In this document: one piece after another, positions 12,001 through 49,396 of the stretch
How positions within the stretch are numbered: position 1 is the first letter of the stretch
Layout: every line of letters starts with the position of its first letter
Assembly: GCA_030141605.1 (NCBI GenBank)
Contig: JAQGDQ010000449.1
Span: 128,255-192,254, forward strand
Direction of reading: 5' to 3'
From: Tubiluchus corallicola
Lineage: Eukaryota > Animalia > Priapulida
DNA length: 64,000 nucleotides
The notes under the pieces: model-generated
Database searches by the model: none
Told to the model about the DNA's origin: nothing
Seen by the model: the letters and a program-made list of their open reading frames with translations, nothing else
Position numbers and translations under genes: made by a program

Positions 12001-14858
12001 AACATTTTGCGCTTTACAGCCCACACTACGTCAACATTATCAAGTTTATCATCACTGGTGTAGGCCTACTCATTATAAAACTCTATAAGTATAAGCTGTT
12101 CAACAATAGATTCGGGAAAACCCACTTATAAAGGCATTCAAGACAACAAAACAGAGTACTGTAGTCAGTGTTTCGAAGACCTACAACGAACCAACATGCG
12201 GACTTTGAAAATAAACAGATACGAACTTATTTTCAATACATCACAACATCACACGCCATGCAAAATCCAAACAAGTGAAAGACAATGGGTGTAACAAAAA
12301 CCACGCCTAGGTACATCATGACGTGTAACTGCAATGTCATTATATTTCAAATCATGCAGAAGTTCAATATCATGTTGGGCAGGGAATTTGGAAGCCATGC
12401 CAATGCTTCTCAGTGACGTTTGTGACGCGCAGACGACATCACAGTAGTACATACAAACTCCAGAGGCAGATACATAAAACAACAGGTAGCGGAAGCCACA
12501 TTCGTGCACCAAAGCGTCACCTGCGACGTCGAAATCGCACCATGCAGAACGTCAGACACGGAGCTGACCAATAATGAAAACCACACTCGTGCGCACCAAA
12601 ACGCCTAACGTAGCACCATGCAGAACGTCAGGCACGTAGTGGACAAATAATGAAAACAACACTCATGTGCAAAAATGACCCCAGGATCAGAAAGTCACTC
12701 GCCATGCAAAAGTTCAGAAATACAGGAAACTGCACTGGAACACACACGTGCAGTACAATGTCGTTTGAAGTTTCATGTCACATGTCATGCAAAAGAAACG
12801 AGATGCGTGGGGGAGGACTAAAACCACACTCGTGCATGATAAATTCTTCTGAAACGTCACGTCACGCTTTATACAAAAACAGGAGGGTGCATAGAAAAGG
12901 GAAACGGAAATCACGCCCGTGCATTTCTCTACCTGCTTGGCTGTCCTAGCTTTATCCGATTTAGAACCAGATGCGGCCACATGGGCAAAATATGAGATTA
13001 CTTTCTTTGTGTTCTCTGTCTTTCCGGCACCAGATTCACCACTGTTTACAAAATTACAACATGAAGTGCAACCATTTTCAACATGCATTTTAATGACAAC
13101 TTTATTGCGAATTTGCTGTCATTAATGAAGACTATAGTAACATCGTTAAATACCACTTCATGGTAATAAGAAATATATTTTACACATACGCTACGAAAAA
13201 CTTACGTGATCAACATAGACTGGTCTTCACGATCTGAAAAAATTAAAACTCTTCATTGTGACCTGTTATTGCAATAATTGTTTAATTAAAATAACAGCAG
13301 CACAAGCGCTATGAGAAAACTTTTCGCACATAATTAATCGAGTTATAAAATAAAGAAAATACTTACTCATCAACATGTCAGTGTACGCGTTATCGGCCAC
13401 GGAGAACAAGTGAGGCGGCATCTCGGGTCTTCTTTTGCCTTTATACTCGTTAATCACTTCTTGTGTGTAAATAGGCAATCTCTTGTAGGGATTAATTACC
13501 ACACAGAACAGTCCAGAGTAGGTCTACAAAAAAGCAGGAATAATTTAATGAATGTATGCTTATATAACGGCTCGTGTGCACTTTTCCAAAAAAAGTTGCA
13601 AACAGACAATTTCTCCCGATTATTCTTTCTAGACACGATTAATCTATCGTCTTCATATATTTAATATTTTAAACGGAGGATTTTGCTAACTTACATAGAT
13701 CATCCACGCGTGATATCTCTGTCTCAAGTTGTGCAAAACCGACGCGTCGTTTAGGTACGTTAAGTTGGCCATGTCTTCCGTCTTCTCAAACTTCGGGGGA
13801 TTACATTGCTGACAGTGATCCTTCTTCATTGTTTTTTCCTGTGTGAAAAAGGCTGATGCTGATTATTCATAGCCGCCCTTCTTAATTAATTGTACATTGT
13901 TGCTTAGAGGTGCAATAAAGCCCAAAAATATTATTTCAAATCCCGGTCAATGACAATTTTTTTGATTAAACATATTTTGTGAACGTACAATAAGATGGGT
14001 ATAAAAACAAAGTTTACATATAATTTTAGTTTGATTAATAATTTAGGGTTTCCGTTGTTTGATTTCAGCATTATTTGGTTCATGATCGGCAGTTACAATG
14101 TGTTGCTCATGGTATAGACATTCGGTATAGACAGGCTTTTAATACATTAAATTTCTACTGCGCAAGTGCATACTTGCTGCAGATTACTTCTCGTTAACCT
14201 TTGGGAGACGGTATATGACGATATAAAGCTGAGCGCTTACTGAAATCATGGAAATAAATTAAATGGATCTTAACTTTCTCACCATTACTGAATCTGATGA
14301 GTAACAAATAAATCGACGGTCTATAAAAAGTGACACTTTAGGTCCTCTAATAATCCTGTTAGCTTCTGGCAATGATGCCCAGTTCAGGTATTTAAGACGC
14401 CCAATTTTAGACTTTTAGGTACCATCCTAATGTTCCTGTAATGATAAAATGCTCTTCTTTCGGCAGTAAGTAATAATCGGCAGGCAGTAAGATTCAATAA
14501 TGGTGAGAAAGTTAAGATATGTTTGGTTTTATTTGCATGGGTGAAAAGGACCGTTTCATTCGGTGAAGTAAATTTGTTTTTTATTAAAAAAGTACCTTAT
14601 TGGAAGGCTGTGAAATTTAAAATATATATTACTTACCTCGCCCCTTAGGATGATTGTAATCATGTCACCAGATGTCTCTTTTACTTCACCTATGGCATAA
14701 CCTTCTTTCTTGTCAGGAACCCAGATATTCTTTTTAGCGTCCCATGGCATGTTCATTGTTTCCATGGCCATTTTCTGGCTGGGCTTCAAGAACTGCCACG
14801 GGTCCTGTTGCATCAACTCCTTGGCCCCCCATTGCAATGGTATGGCGTGGGGCAACAT
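3089..14858 (-). CDS. Mhc: Myosin II heavy chain, striated/sarcomeric muscle type (multi-exon, ~1959 aa)
   Basis: Motifs: NPPKFEK, P-loop [15 protein letters not shown], switch I NDNSSRFGKF, switch II DIAGFE, SH1/SH2 [22 protein letters not shown] region, [14 protein letters not shown], long coiled-coil rod. GT-AG coding exons in one frame: 14858-14637, 13838-13695, 13523-13367, 13233-13206, 13041-12933, 11708-11616, 11137-10975, 10242-10139, 9824-8865, 8582-8377, 8270-7424, 7207-6573, 6401-6323, 6187-5742, 5507-3866, 3133-3089 (ends [14 protein letters not shown]). The total of 5880 nt is divisible by 3. Confidence 0.97.
3511..3765. mobile_element. MITE (PIF/Harbinger-like) in the last myosin intron
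   Basis: Imperfect terminal inverted repeats gtcccacacg.../...cgtgtgcgtcc flanked by TA. Internal sequence is similar to 25341-25693. Confidence 0.5.
12250..12925 (-). promoter_or_regulatory. Degenerate 8-unit intronic array of UGCAUG/UGCACG-GUGUG boxes (candidate splicing-regulatory or structured RNA element)
   Basis: Box A (sense TTYTGYATG) begins on + at 12257, 12353, 12450, 12541, 12617, 12703, 12786 and 12870. Box B (sense TGCACGAGTGTGGTTTY-like) lies about 36-44 nt from each box A. The array fills the 5' half of the myosin intron 11709-12932. Confidence 0.7.
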
Positions 14859-15564
14859 GGTTTGGGGCTAATAATGAAATCTAGCTGTACCTAAACCGTC
14901 TCGACTGCACGACTGCCAACAGAACAGCCGAAAGCTCGTCTGAAAAATTAATCATTAAGTAAATAAATACTTTATAAGCTATACTATCTTAACTAGACTA
15001 TGTTATACTATCTGTTTTCTAAACCTACCTGCTCATGCACTCACCTTGCATTTTTGAAGTAATGCGTGTTTCGCATATTTTTGAAAGATTATTCTGTATG
15101 TGACTAACAACTTTCGTTTAAACTAACATGATGCGTGATACATGTCTAATACAAACATTTTTACAAAGTTATTGTAGAACAAATGCCTAAAACACAATTG
15201 CGTTAGCTAATCACCTGACTTATGAGCATCATACTCAGCAAAACTAAAGCATGCATGTTTTCTAAATACGTATTAACTGTATCATGCATAATTATTTTCT
15301 ACTGTTTTCCGTGAATCAGCGGAGCGTTGTGTTGACTTCATTATAAGACTTTGAAAACTGTTCTTTTGCAAAATAGAGCACTAAATTTAACAAACAAAAG
15401 TACTTTGTTATAACCGACTATATATTTCCGAATATTTATGAAAATTATGTCAGCTAACTTGGTATGAAAAACTCTTAACCGAGAACAACAAAACAAAACA
15501 GATTCAAGTAAAATTCACAGCAAAACTCGCAAATTAAACATTCAATTAATGTACTGATACATAC

Positions 15565-15620
15565 AAAAGCATGAACCGTTCTGTGCTGAGAGGTTCAAGT
15601 GGGGCGGTTTTATATGAAAA
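15565..15620 (-). promoter_or_regulatory. Myosin core promoter and short non-coding first exon
   Basis: TATA-like CATATAAAA at ~15608-15616 (minus), GC box ggggcgg at 15601-15607, donor GTATGT at 15564-15559, and a matching acceptor ttttcag at 14940 just upstream of the ATG at 14858. Confidence 0.55.
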
Positions 15621-18600
15621 TTAATTCATATCCCACCTAAACTTGTCCTCTAACGTTGTCACAGTATGATTGGGTTCACATAGTTGGTAGGTCGAGCTAC
15701 CCTACCCCTCAGCCAATTGCATTCAGCGTTACATCCCCGCTTCCCTCCCATCATGTTTTTCATCATCAAGGCGCGGTCATCACTAATTGTATACCCCTTT
15801 AGGTCGGATGCGTAAATCAAGGGGCATTTGCAAACTGATACGGCACACAGCGTATAGCTGCTTGCTCCGAAATTCCTCTGGTCGCTTGAAAGGTCTGCAT
15901 GACGCGTGGCAGCACGTGGAAAAGCACAGTGACAGATCTGATGTTTTAGTGAGGTTTTCCTGCCAAGAAAGACAGGTTCATAGTCTACACTAATTGTATT
16001 GTGTGGATTACACTCATTTGATATACATCAAACAATTAATTCGGAAATGCTGAAAAGCTTTTGATACGGAAAATCTAAACATTATTTATTTGATCAATTT
16101 CAGTTCAGTTAAATGAGACAAATGCTATAAAACAACAGTTCACTTATTTTTTGGAAAACTGGGTTTAGACAAGCTCAGATCTGGCAGGAATCTCAGCTTA
16201 ATGTAAAATAGAAAGAGCAGCGAAACGATATGAATATATAACTTTCAGACGTAGGTAACATAAAGCAAACTAAAAACGTTAAATTTTTGTTTACATACCA
16301 CATCCGTAGAATTAAAAGTTGGGAAGTATCCATTATATTCAAAACTCATATCCTATTAGCCATTATTTTACAAGCGATCCTTAACTGCATTAAACTGCAT
16401 TAAGGAAAGAAATAAATAGCGCATGATCGACGCCCACGTGATGTAGAGATCGACGTTAAAAGTCATTGGGTTTTGTCAGCGTTTCTGTCTGCTCAGTACT
16501 TACTAACGAACTCTCAGCCCAATTGCAGAATAAAAAGAAATACACTTTGTTTACTGGCTTAGGCTAAGTTTGTAAAAAAGGTTACCAAACACAGTAGCTT
16601 GCTCAGTTCATTAGCATCACAACCGAATTTTACTAAACGATGCTTACTCAGTGCCTTTAATTCAGTGTGAACGATTTGATTCACTTAAGGACGTGGTTGC
16701 CATTTTGCTTGCTGATTTCAAAATTTGGGCGTTTGACGACAATTGATAAGCCTTAACCTTCGACGACGGCTTTTTCCAAGCAAATATCCAAGTCTAAAAT
16801 GATAACAGATAAATTACTTTCATCACCTGCATGAAGTAGACTTGCATTGTTTCCATTTAAACAATTCTGAATCCGACGAGTTAGGAAAGGACAGCCATCC
16901 TATAATTTCGCTTTCTTTCTTTATCCTTTATAAGTTACTTTTATAAAAATCCAAGTTCTGAAAAATGCCGGGGCCATATATTCTTAATAATCCAGGTCCT
17001 TTACATTCTCTGTCGATCAGTTGCCCTTTTGCTACTTTCGTGTTCCTACACAGTGTATTCGTATCTGAATTTATTTAGAAAATTAACACTGCTTAGGTTT
17101 TTCTGAAATTTTGGTCCATTTCAAAGCTTTGCTTGCTTTCATAACCTTCAATACAATAGTGCAACCTAATAGGCGCCATGTGGTTTTTATTCGACAGCTT
17201 TGACATGCTCGTAGTAGTACCATATGTGCATGTCAAGAAGGGCTTCACTGATCTGTGATTATACTTGTGATTAAATGACAATCACCGTATCAGTTCTTAT
17301 TTTCCTTTTCGTTTATTTTCATTATTTCAATGATGCTGTTCGATTTTTAACTTAAAATACTTTACTATAAATGGTTGCAATTTATGTAGGGCATACGCTT
17401 TTTGTCATACATTGTCACTACAATACGCGCTTCTATTTCTGTTTTGTTTGTTCCAACTTACACATGTCAAGCATCCATCACCAACTATCATACCATTCAA
17501 GTGTCCAGTGCTCAGTAAACAAGTCACGTTTAGATATCTCGAGCACAGGGAAATCATTTATTAAGATTCTGTAACACAGGCAGAATTTTCTTGAAACTCA
17601 ACCGTTTATTATTACTCTCCGCTACAATACGTAATAACTCCAGAACCAGACTACCTAGGTCACACAACTTCCAGGATAGCTCCTCGGGGTAGGGTCTCCA
17701 TGGGATCTCAGGTCAAAGAGTCAAGGACACTGGACATCAGCTGTTTTATCGATTAGCACTCAACTCCTCCGGCTTTGAGTTAAATTCAGTTTTTCCACAA
17801 TTATTTAGATCTTGTGGTGTAGATGTGCATTAGGTATTTTAGAGAAATTGGGGTTCCGAGTTAAGAGCCAAAATGTAAATATTTGGGCAAACAGCTTTGT
17901 CGCTCAGCTTCTCTTAGAGTATAAGACTAGGAATCAATGTTTATACATATATATAGATAGTCTGGCAGGTGTAGATGTTCATTAAGTACTATTCGAAAAG
18001 TAGGCGAAGTCACGTGACATAGACGAAAGTGTTAAAACAGAGTAAACAAGCTGGAGTCATAAAATGTACAGGATGCAACCTTGTGTAAGGATACAGTTAA
18101 CAGAGTATTGATGACACGTGTTTATCGGAGCAAGGACAGTAGACATATACTAATTTTTCGAAAGTCTCTACTCCCACAATTGGGCTAGGACCACAACTTT
18201 TAAGATGTGGCTAGATGGGCCCAAGTTCTTATGCGTGACTGAGTTCCGGTCATTTGGATAGTGAAAAAATTTTCCGCTAAGAGCCAAAAACTGAAAATGG
18301 GTGGGTGGATATTTTTCCAGTCTTGAAGAATAGTGGCTTGTAGTACATCAAATGAAAGTCTTGACGAGACAAATTGAACGATATAGGTTGGCACGAGATT
18401 GGTTGACTTCTGACCCAAGATACAAATGTGACGAACTACGATTTCATTGAAATGAAATGCAGTTTTTAGGTAATCTGGCTTGGCGAATTTATTGAAGACA
18501 ATATTAAGACCTTCAGACCGAAGACCCTTGAGGTTGCGTGTCCGAAGGTAGCATTTTCCAATTTCAACAAAGCGAAATGCAGCTATGTTACTTTAAAGTA

Positions 18601-20307
18601 ATGTAAAATATCACATTGTACTACAGTACATTACTTTACAACATTCTATTACATCACCTTACACTTGCAGAACGTATTGCAGATTCCATGGCTTATAACT
18701 TTGTCATAAACGCTTTTCTAATTTATTTTGTAAGCTCTTGTAATAATTTTTTACTAAAAGTGTTAACAAGAACATCTCTAAATTGTAAAAATAGAAATTT
18801 GTCTAATTTATAAACAATTGGGGCAACACCAACAGAAGATTCCCTGATGATGTCTTGAGGAGTAACAGTAGCTTTAACATTAATTATAATAATGCCATGG
18901 ATAAACATCTTTTTATTAGTGACTTTGGTAACACTCTTAAAATTATTAAAACCAGCCTTGAGGCCAGAGGACAAATATGGCCGTGAATACTACATTGAGA
19001 AGGACATTTTAGTTTCTTGTCAGTTCTACGGGAAATACTCAGAATGTGTTTTTGTGCTTCAAAAACATAGAAACACACGTTCTTGTTATTATCATCCAAA
19101 TAGCCAAGTTTAATTGGCAATTGAGGACGTATAATTATTTGCTTTTACTTTTTTGTAGTGCAATGTGTTTTGGTAAAGCAGAAAATCAAGGTTATCATTA
19201 CACACAATATTATTACACACTGCCACATTACTGCGTTGGAAACTGGCTGTATACAAATAAAGAACCTGATTGTGAGTTAAACTAAAGTCTAATTTAAACA
19301 AAACAAACGTTGAGTGCTAATTAAAATTGCGCCTTATAATATGCATGAGTAACATCCACAAATTTCAGCTGCTGATACAGAAGGCTGGCCGTGTTCTTAC
19401 CTGAGAACGAAAAGTAAGGATATGAATCAATCCATATTTCTCATGGACGAAATGGGCACCATGTGTTTTAGCGAACCCACAAGTAACCTAGAGCCGCAAA
19501 CCCAGTATTTCCTAATCGCTGATCATAGACAGATTTTCTACTCGTGAAGGCAATTCCGGAAGTCCTGGATTAGTGTAAACAGCAGAATAGCAAAGTCCAC
19601 ATAACATAACGGTTGGTTTCCAGTAGTACGTAACCTATTGTTGGTGCTGCAAAAGCTATTCTACCTTTTTAAAAAGGTTTATGTACATGGCTTATAAAAT
19701 TCACTATTATCAATTTTACGATTTATTTTCATTTTTCACCATCTATCTTGAAAGCTATTGTAATTAAAATTAACTATAAACTATAGCTATTAAGGTTAGA
19801 AGCCCAAAGGATCTGTGAACTATGCTCCCCGCCTCCTAGGGATGAGGAATGTCACCTTAGCTTCAGATACTTCATTTTTTCGTGAAAAAAAACGTGTTAC
19901 GCTGTGTCAAACCAAACACTGAAACTAAAACAGGACGTATAAGAAAAGCAAACCCGTCTGTTTTCTTTTTGAAAATTTTTTAACAAGTTTCAACTGACAA
20001 AACATTGACAAAGCCGTGCAGTTGTTTAACGCTGATCTCAGCTGTGTTGATAAGACGCCTAGCAGCACTTAGACGATGATTACTGAATACCGTCTTATCA
20101 ATGCTATTCAATGTTGGGGTTAGCAAGTTTGAAAGAATGTTCCAACATTCCAGCTCAATCTCTTAAGAGTTGAGACACAATATGCCCAGATGTCCACGGA
20201 TTCATTTGGTGAAGAGATTATGTTCGCTATTCGAAAATGGAATAGCCAATTGGAAAAATAGCATTAGTACTCGATGTTGTGAAGACGCTTTCTAGCGTAG
20301 AAATCCC

Positions 20308-20315
20308 TCTATATA

Positions 20316-20358
<43 letters not shown>
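20308..20358. repeat. (TA)n microsatellite
   Basis: Direct observation. Confidence 0.9.
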
Positions 20359-20359
<1 letters not shown>

Positions 20360-22369
20360 GCTGGTAGCTTATTATCAAGATTGGCGTATTGCTAATTTCT
20401 TATATTTATTCTTCCCAGTTCCCATGCTGACATAAAAAGACTATATTATGCAGAGTGCGTCTCTAGAATATTCGCATTGCCCGAAGAAAATATTTGCATA
20501 TTGACGCAGTCTTAACCAACTTACAATAGGCAAATATAATGAGACAACTTCAAAACTTATCAGAGGAATCAAGATCCTACAATAATTTTAATGAAATAAT
20601 TTCGTATCTTATGTAAGCAATGAATAATCTCCAGTAGATAATCTGGACCCATCTCCGCGAAACGTTCAACAATATAAATGGCACTTAAGCAATACTTGAT
20701 TGTGTCCACAGCGACAATGACAGCACTTAGGCACAGTTTTGCAATTGGTCCAAACAGAAGACTAACAATAGTTTTTCATACTAGGCTAGCTACCAGCATT
20801 TTTTAAATAACTAAAAACTGAAATCAGTCGTTGTCGTCATCTGGAAATTGCGATTTTTTTTAAATTTTATACTTTATTTATACTTCCCTTTTAAAACAGT
20901 TTACAGTAGTTTTCAGGTGCTTTCTGGAGAATACAAAGCGCATGTGCTTCCACTACTTCCACTAGATTATTGTACCTGCTACCCATTGCGCATTAGATTC
21001 CTTACACAAATTACACGCACAGACTGCAACATCTTGAAGTCAAATAGCTCACCAGCCTTACCCATTTGAAACTTTTTATTGATCGATCAATAATAAGCAG
21101 AAAATTACTACCTAGTTTTATTGTAATAACATAGATTACAATATAGCTAGAACAAGTGCTATGGAACTGGTGATGTGTGTAAAAAAATAATTTACTTAAT
21201 ACTGTAATTTTTTATTGTAAGTTGTGTAGTTGGATAGTCTTTTTTCCATTAAATTTTTCGTTAATTGCAATTCAAATAGTTTCTGTACATAACCAGAACA
21301 AATAAAAAATAGTACAATTCAAAAACGCGAATAGAATCAGATGTATTTTACCATGAAAGGCGACTAACACAGCTACAGTTTAGTTATGCTGCCTTTTAAC
21401 TAAAGCTAAAAGAATGTTTATTAGACAGATGTTCTCTTTGGTAGCTACAACTTTAGATTGTACAACAAGTGCTGAAACTGCAGCCAGAAAAGGTGTAACC
21501 TATATAAAATAAAATAAACTATAATGTATGACATGTAAACTATTAATCCATTTAAACATAAAAAATGGCTTCTGATGATTACATAAATAACCCAACTTAC
21601 TACACAACAGCCAAAACACAAAAAATCATTTTTATGAGAAATTTTGCCTTGTAAATAAGATAAATCTATTTTATAGACATGTTTATGGAGCAATAAAATG
21701 GCAGCTGCACAATAATTAGTGTCAGTGTTAGCTGCTGCAAATATAAACTAACATGAATCTTAGCACCACATAAAACCGCATGCATGTGCATGTTTTTTTT
21801 CACATAATTCAAAATAAGAGCAATACAGATACTATTATTATCAACAACCATAAAAGAATACCTGTGCACTCTATAATATATTCAGTTAAGACAAAAATAC
21901 CAATTAAAAATAAGTAGTGTGTAAATAGGCTTGCTAAAATAACATTTACAAATTAAGTGAGTAACTGTAAATCTCATATTCAATCTAACATAAGCAGTTC
22001 TTCAACGACGAATAAGTTGATACTTTTTATAAAATACTGTCAGAATATCACACTGTTAGAGGAGCTAGTATTCATGAATTTCACAAAATTTTGAAATGAT
22101 ACAATAAATGGATTTATGTCATTAATACCATTATTTCAAGTTTAGAGAGGCTAATACTTTTAAAAAATAAAATTAAAACAGTTATACAACAGAATGTAGA
22201 AAAACACTCATGTTACATTTTCTTGTAAACTACAGGTAAACTACAATTCTTTATTACAAACACCTTCAGTTTAACAAACTGGTATATCCTGCATTATATG
22301 CAAAAATTATGCACCAAAAGAGCTATGTTTTAACAAAAATTTTATACAATTACGATAATACCATGAATG

Positions 22370-48449
<26,080 letters not shown>

Positions 48450-48459
48450 GATTTGCTTC

Positions 48460-49396
48460 TGCAATAGAAAAAAGTGATTAAAAATGCACATGGTGCTGAC
48501 TGTCACTTTTATAGGATACAGTATTTTTGTAAACTATCAATACCCTAACGACAGAAACCTAAACTTGTTTATTAAAAATAAAATGCAGGCTTGTACTTGT
48601 AGCACTTCTGACTGCCACGGAATACAATTATTTAGAATATCTTGTTTACTCAAAGGCTTCAACAAGCATTTCGCGTGATAATATCATTAACTATGTCTAC
48701 AGGGTGTAATATACTGAAAATGGACTTTTTATGAACGCACTCAAGCTAAAACTAGTAAAAGTAAAAACAAGAAAACTCTGGCGCTAATCCCTTGACGTGC
48801 ACAACGTGTATTATCACTTAAAAAGCGAATAAAGTAATATGATTAGCCGTTATAATAGGAATTATTCTAACTGGTCGAAACAAATTTTTGGTTCACCTGT
48901 TCTCAAACCAAAGCATTGCCATTAGCACGTATACATAACACTAACATTACCATTATGTAACTTGCGACGCGACAAATAACTTATAAATCGACACGCTCTG
49001 TCACTCTTATGAAGTTGAACTGGGCCTTAAATACCTAGTGCCTCGGCGTTTTCCAGACACAAAAAAACGAAAAAAGCAGACAGCCACACCTCGTTTCAAA
49101 ACGCAAACATTTTGTTGTACGTTAAGGAAACTGCGAAATCTCAAGTAAACTCCTTCTCTATTAGTTATCAGTTCTTTTTTATTAATCCTATTTTGCCCTA
49201 ATGATTTTTCACTTACGTGAACATCACAAACTCCCTTGGTCATTACTGGATACAACTGGCGGGAATTTGCAGGAATATCAAACACGTAGCGTAGTTGACT
49301 GTGTGTGTGTTCTAAGTGTTTTTACTGTCCTAGGTTGAGGTTCTAGTCTTGTTTACCTGTTCTGGCGCAGAATTATCTACCAAAGCTAAATTTAAG
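48460..49396. promoter_or_regulatory. Divergent (probably bidirectional) promoter region between CPS and the SRA-domain gene
   Basis: The two start codons (48449 minus, 49397 plus) are under 1 kb apart and point away from each other. The stretch is CpG-richer than its surroundings. A CPS 5'UTR acceptor ends at 48459 and a candidate donor lies at 48896. Confidence 0.55.

Noticed and set aside
12179-12522. AG|GT junctions (12519-12522 and 12179-12182, minus) as recursive splice sites or micro-exons
   Set aside because: Poor polypyrimidine tracts and weak donors; expected by chance and unsupported without reads.
12250-12925. CRISPR-like reading of the repeat/spacer array
   Set aside because: The boxes are short and degenerate, two alternate per unit, the array sits in a spliceosomal intron of an animal gene, and no cas genes are present.
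12250-12925. Hammerhead ribozyme, C/D snoRNA or SECIS interpretation of the array
   Set aside because: No CUGANGA/GAAA core, no recurring box C (RUGAUGA) paired with box D, and no SECIS quartet geometry in the units.
12249-12949. Cys-rich ORFs (12249-12512 minus, 12650-12949 plus, 12714-12932 read-through) as proteins or alternative exons
   Set aside because: Their composition is explained by the TGCA/TGTG boxes. They show no similarity to myosin loop 1 and lack convincing acceptor/donor pairs.
16450-16750. gct(c/g)ag-rich blocks here and at 36905-37532 with partial inverted symmetry
   Set aside because: Probably decayed MITEs, but termini and target duplications could not be defined.
18560-20300. 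Short ORFs between myosin and CPS as a hidden gene; faint resemblance to LINE ORF1 or BEL/Pao integrase (IRKYWVCG...)
   Set aside because: Fragmented frames, no consistent splice structure and no diagnostic motif. Probably old transposon debris, but not assignable by eye.
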